Shown here in pieces: positions 59,019 through 64,000 of a DNA stretch of 64,000 nucleotides. The DNA comes from Amoebidium appalachense. Taxonomy: Eukaryota; Protista; Ichthyosporea. The stretch is taken from positions 1,748,415 to 1,812,414 of the forward strand of contig CAVNZM010000002.1 of assembly GCA_963693365.1 (NCBI GenBank), written 5' to 3'. The notes below the pieces were generated by a model. That model saw nothing but the letters and a program-made list of their open reading frames with translations. It did not search any database and had not been told where the DNA came from. A program made the translations under genes and the position numbers. How positions within the stretch are numbered: the first letter of the stretch is position 1; the number at the start of each line of letters is the position of its first letter.

Positions 59019-59072
59019 AGGGGGGGAGGGGGGGGGGGGGGGGGGGTTTGAAGGTCAGTGGTGGTGGTGGTG

Positions 59073-59120
<48 letters not shown>

Positions 59121-59792
59121 GGATTTTGATGGTGGTCACACACCCTACAACTGTTTTTAGAATTGTATAAGCCGTGTTGCAGCCAGAGGCATGCAGAAGA
59201 GACATAATCGGACGACCACCAAACTGCAGCTGAACTGCACGGATCGGCACATGTAAAGGCATGAAAACCATTTCCGGTGCTTGATTGTGGGACGTAAATA
59301 CTCTGAGTCCAACTGCACACTCAGTGTACTACACACATGTCACTGCTCCTAGGCAAGGAGTAGGTTACGTAAAGGTAAAAGGCACCACGTTCATTGTTTG
59401 CCGGTCGTATTATTGATGCAACCTCGCTGTCTTACAGCACGGCCGGTGCCTAATGTTTAGTGGGTGGAGCCCGGGTAAAGTCTGTACATATCAGGCCAGA
59501 CAAATTTAACCTTGAGCAGTTGCAACCCCATCACCGTATACATGCTCTCGCCATTGAAGTGGAATGATCCCCGTCTTTTCCGCGTTTGAGCTGGGCTTAA
59601 GACCATGCAATGATAAGTATCATGAAAGTACTACATACTGCACTGAGTATGGAAATAGAACATGTGGCACCTTTTTGTGGGCTGTACAGGATGGTGGTTC
59701 TTTACACTTTATTCTTCTTTATTGTGGTTTGCCAAATTGGAACACGGCACCGCAGTCAGTCACTAAGCATAGATATGTATGCCACCCGTACC

Positions 59793-59842
<50 letters not shown>

Positions 59843-59963
59843 ACACACCAACCCCACGTCCCATCCCCGCTCCCATCAAATACCCAGGCTGTCTCTCTCT
59901 CTCTCTCTCCCCCTTGTTCCCCCCCCCTTCTTCTCTCCCCAAAACCTCCCCCCAGAGCTCTTC

Positions 59964-59994
<31 letters not shown>

Positions 59995-60009
59995 TCTCCC
60001 AGCTCCCCC

Positions 60010-60045
<36 letters not shown>

Positions 60046-61061
60046 CGCTCGCTCACTCGCTCGCTCACTCGCTCGCTCGCTCGCGCGCTCCCCCTCTCTC
60101 TCTCCCTCTCTCTCTCTTGCCCCCCGTGTGCGTGTGTACACATGTATTTGTGTGTCTGTATGAGCGTGTGTCTGTGTACACAGGGAGGGAGGGGGGCGGG
60201 GAGGAAGGGGGGGGAGGAGGTTACTACCCGAAACAACCAACCCTTAGTACAACATTAATCAACATTACATGCACCAACGTCAAACAGAAGTGCAAAATGT
60301 ACTTCAAGTAATAACGAGCTCGAGGCCTGATTAGGAAGGGTGTCCCCGAGATCGATGCTATTAATTATCAGTATTGGATATTTGCTGAAACAAGGGCAGT
60401 CAACACACAGGCACACATACCGTCCTACAACACAAACACACACGTCTCCCTACAACGTACGCGTATACGCAAACACAGTGGTGGCATCCATATGCAGGCG
60501 GCGCCCTGACTGGCTGTCACAGTGCAAACGCGCACCGTGCATGTGTGGGGTAGGGTGGGCCCCCGGGTTGTTCAATGATACACACTCACGCGTCGGGCAA
60601 CACAATTGCAATAAAAGCTGAAAAACACAAAACCGTACATGTGTGAGTGTGTGAGGGTGTGAGTGTGGTGATGGGAGTGGTGGTGGTGGTGAAGGAAGGT
60701 GGGGTCGAGGGGGGGGGGGGGGGGGGGGGTTCTAGACTGAGGGTTTTAAAGCTGCTTGATTTGGGCCAACTAATATTGACGCAATAGTTTATTTTTCCTG
60801 TGTATTTGTATTTACTTGGTGTCAACTCTCTGGGGGTCCGGCCAGCCCAGTAATCATATCAACCGTCAGCATATTCGATGACTGCAGAAACCAATACCAA
60901 GTCATCACATACATCATGCCTCCACGTTTGTGCTACTTGCTTGGGGATAAAAAGTCACACCACCCCACTGCCCATAATACACATCTTGCTATCCTGTTGG
61001 GATGCAAGTCGGCACCTTTCCCTTCTGATTGTACATAACATCATTCTGCAAAAGTTCCACC

Positions 61062-61097
<36 letters not shown>

Positions 61098-61595
61098 TTA
61101 GGCAGAGAGAGAGAGGGGCAGGGAGAAAAAAAGGGTTCGTGGACGCATGGTATGTGTGTGGAGGTGACTGGTCTTGACAGCACCTCACCCAACGTATCCA
61201 CACATTACATCTCAAAAGACAATCTCTCCCCCATCACTGGCATCCCCCGGCAACCTAAAGGAAATCAAACATCAAAGAATAAACAGGGTAAAATGCCATC
61301 AAATTTTCCTCTCACAACCTCTCATCCATCAACCTCAGCAACCAAAGAAATCAAAGGGAAAGCACAAATAATCGATTTTCCTTCACAAACCTTCCTAAAC
61401 GTACACCATCACGAGACCTAAATCCACACCTCAGCCGATCAACCGAGGGAACGAGATTACGGTGCTGCCGATGATGATGGGGGTGGGACGGATGATGGCC
61501 CCAGCTGTCTGAATTCCTCCTTGACTTTCCTGCAAGCACACAACACGGTTAATCATCCTCGTGCAAAAGCTAATGGCCCCGCCCCCCGAGTGGGT

Positions 61596-61638
<43 letters not shown>

Positions 61639-61710
61639 GCAGGCAGGCAGGGCGGGCAAAAAACTAGGAGAACAAACAAACCACACACAAACACTTACAC
61701 AAGCATCATA

Positions 61711-61748
<38 letters not shown>

Positions 61749-61981
61749 TTCCCCTTACCACCACCACCACCACCACCACCCCCTTCCCCCAAAACACACA
61801 CACAAACAAGCCAAAAAAAAAAAACAAAAAAAAAAACAAAAAAACAAAACAAAAAAAACAAAAAAACAAAAAAACAAAAAAAAAAACAACAACACACACA
61901 CACACACAAACAAGCCCAAAAAGAAGAAGTAGAGAAGAAGCAGAAGAAACACGCGATACACACACACACAAACAAGGAAAG

Positions 61982-62012
<31 letters not shown>

Positions 62013-63788
62013 ATAAGAATACAGACCAGCGATAACTCCCAACCCACCTCCTCCAACACCCTTCATCCCCCCCCCCCCCCCCCCCCCCGCCCCTTCCCCT
62101 TCCCCCCGGGACTTGCACACACGTGTGCACATGCACACAACACACACGAGCATGCACGCGCACGCACACAGACAGACACGAATGCTTTGTCCGGAACACA
62201 ACACGGACACAATGTCACAAGGGAGTAGAAACGTTGATCTGACAGCAGCAGCCCCCCCCCCCCCCCCCCTCCCCCCCCCCCCCTCCCCCCGCCCCCTCTC
62301 CCCGAACACACACGGCTACGACAAAATTGATTTTCCCTATTTACAAACACAAATGCGCACACTCGCACAAACATCCATATCCACACACGCTGAAACACCC
62401 CTAAATCGAAACACAAAACCCACGGGCACAACACACAGTTACATTAACCACAACAATCATCACCCGTGATGTGGACATAAACAACTAGAAAGCACACATT
62501 CACAACAATCGAATAAAAAGGAAGACTGTAAACGAGATTTCCGTATAAGCAACCCCGTGAATTGATATGGCGAGCAGAGGGCGGCATGGGAGGGGGGAGA
62601 GGGGGGGGGGGGGGGGGGGGGAGAACTTGTCCCGAGACCGAGTGGGTGGGGTTGTGCGTGTATGTGAGAGGAGCATGGAAAGAGAAAAGTCCCAAACACC
62701 GGAAAAACAGAACGTATGAACACCTAAGCGAAGCAAAATAGAAAAGTACTTCCTTTCCACTCTAAAGCCACATGCAGAAATCACAACACATAGCTTGCAC
62801 CAAGACACAGGGGGGGGGGGGGGGGGGAAGGGTAAAATAGCACACAATGAGTTAGAGAGAACGAAACACACATGAACGAAGAACAACACCATGCAGATTT
62901 CACAAAGAACAAACAAAAAATATCAATCTGTGGGAGCCATCCTTACAGGGAGACCAAGCCATCCTCGCCAAAACGCAATTCAGATACTGCTTCACGTGAA
63001 CATGGCTACGGCACCCGAAGTATCAGAAACGAGCAGGGTTACTCATTCAGAGAGATGTCACACACAAGAGCAGTCGGAAGAGCCGGGGGAAAAGTTGCAA
63101 TAGTATGCACCCGGGGGGGGGGGGGGGTAGTCCTAGCTTACGTTTGGCTGTACAGGGTGTAGAAAAGAATGCCGATAGTGAACCCCTGCATGGCCACTCT
63201 GCCCCTTTGGAAATACTGCAGACACAACGGGTTAATACCTCAAATAAATGAGAGGAAAAAGAAATAGATTCTCATACAGCCACCCGGGCCCAAAGACGAT
63301 TGGTGGGTTGGTGGGTAGATGAGCGGGCCGTATTGTACAACAAAACCACACAAACACACACCCACACGAAGGGGGGGGGGGGGGGGGATGAGAAGATGGG
63401 ACACAGTATGAAGTATGAATGCGCAGGGGGCAAAGAACTACGGATAACACAAAGCAGCCAAGTACAAAGATGGGGAGCCGGGGGGAGGGAGGGATTGCAC
63501 ATGACCGTTCACAAAGAACATGACCCAGATAATATCGAACAAGAAGACCTATTTTTCTTTCATTTTTGCCCGGAAGGACCGGGGGGAGGGGGAGGGGGGA
63601 GGGGGTCTCAGGCAACTAGACCCCACACCAATGGGAAAACAAGGAAAGAATAATGTGGGACCGCCTATATACGTGTCCGTGACGTCATGGCAGTTTACTG
63701 TTGTTTACATATAGCAATCTATAACTTTGAATTGAAACGGGGCGGGAAGGAGCGGGGCTAGGGGAAGGGGGGGGGGGGGGGGGCGGTG

Positions 63789-64000
63789 TGAATACGGAAC
63801 ACAGTACGAAGTACGCATACACGATGAGAAGCATGGTGCAGGACACATGCAAAGGCAAACATTCAAGTATGCAGCATCAGCCATGCGCACAGTATGCGTC
63901 ATAAGCAGAGCCCATCCTCAGGGAGGACCCAAGTCATCAATTGCGTCTGAGTTTCGACCCCTTAGCCCGCGTATATACGACGCTCCAACTCAGACAGCAG
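63789..64000 (-). mobile_element. Dispersed repeat (same family as 19599-19768), longer copy that may run past the window end
   Basis: The reverse complement matches 19599-19768 closely. Its 3' end abuts a C-run on the - strand. Confidence 0.8.

Overview
Intron-rich eukaryotic nuclear DNA, most likely a unicellular opisthokont (nuclear NDUFS2 with a mitochondrial presequence; Bzz1-type F-BAR/C1/SH3/SH3 protein). Nearly all ORFs in the supplied track are artefacts of poly-C/G and (CA)n/(GT)n tracts. Splicing by hand at GT-AG sites with phase checks gives: a partial BTB/KCTD-like gene (- strand, window start); a 23-exon Bzz1/FCHSD-like gene (957-23731 +); a Ser/Thr kinase with an unbroken CDS (26645-27658 +); a 16-exon DDX21/50-like helicase (28939-39971 +); a BTB plus beta-rich gene (43142-45101 +, frameshifted); an 11-exon NDUFS2 (46111-55841 -); and a possible DUF6729-like fragment. 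There are also several MITE-like elements, including a nested hAT-like pair and a 45-bp TIR-only element. Most notable: (1) a stereotyped intron architecture, with homopolymer runs just after weak donors, (CA)n at some acceptors and nested complementary microsatellites; (2) a dispersed intronic repeat whose recognisable copies are sense to the host gene and often end in poly-C. Single-base homopolymer indels in conserved genes suggest assembly errors. All alignments were made by eye; no database searches were run.
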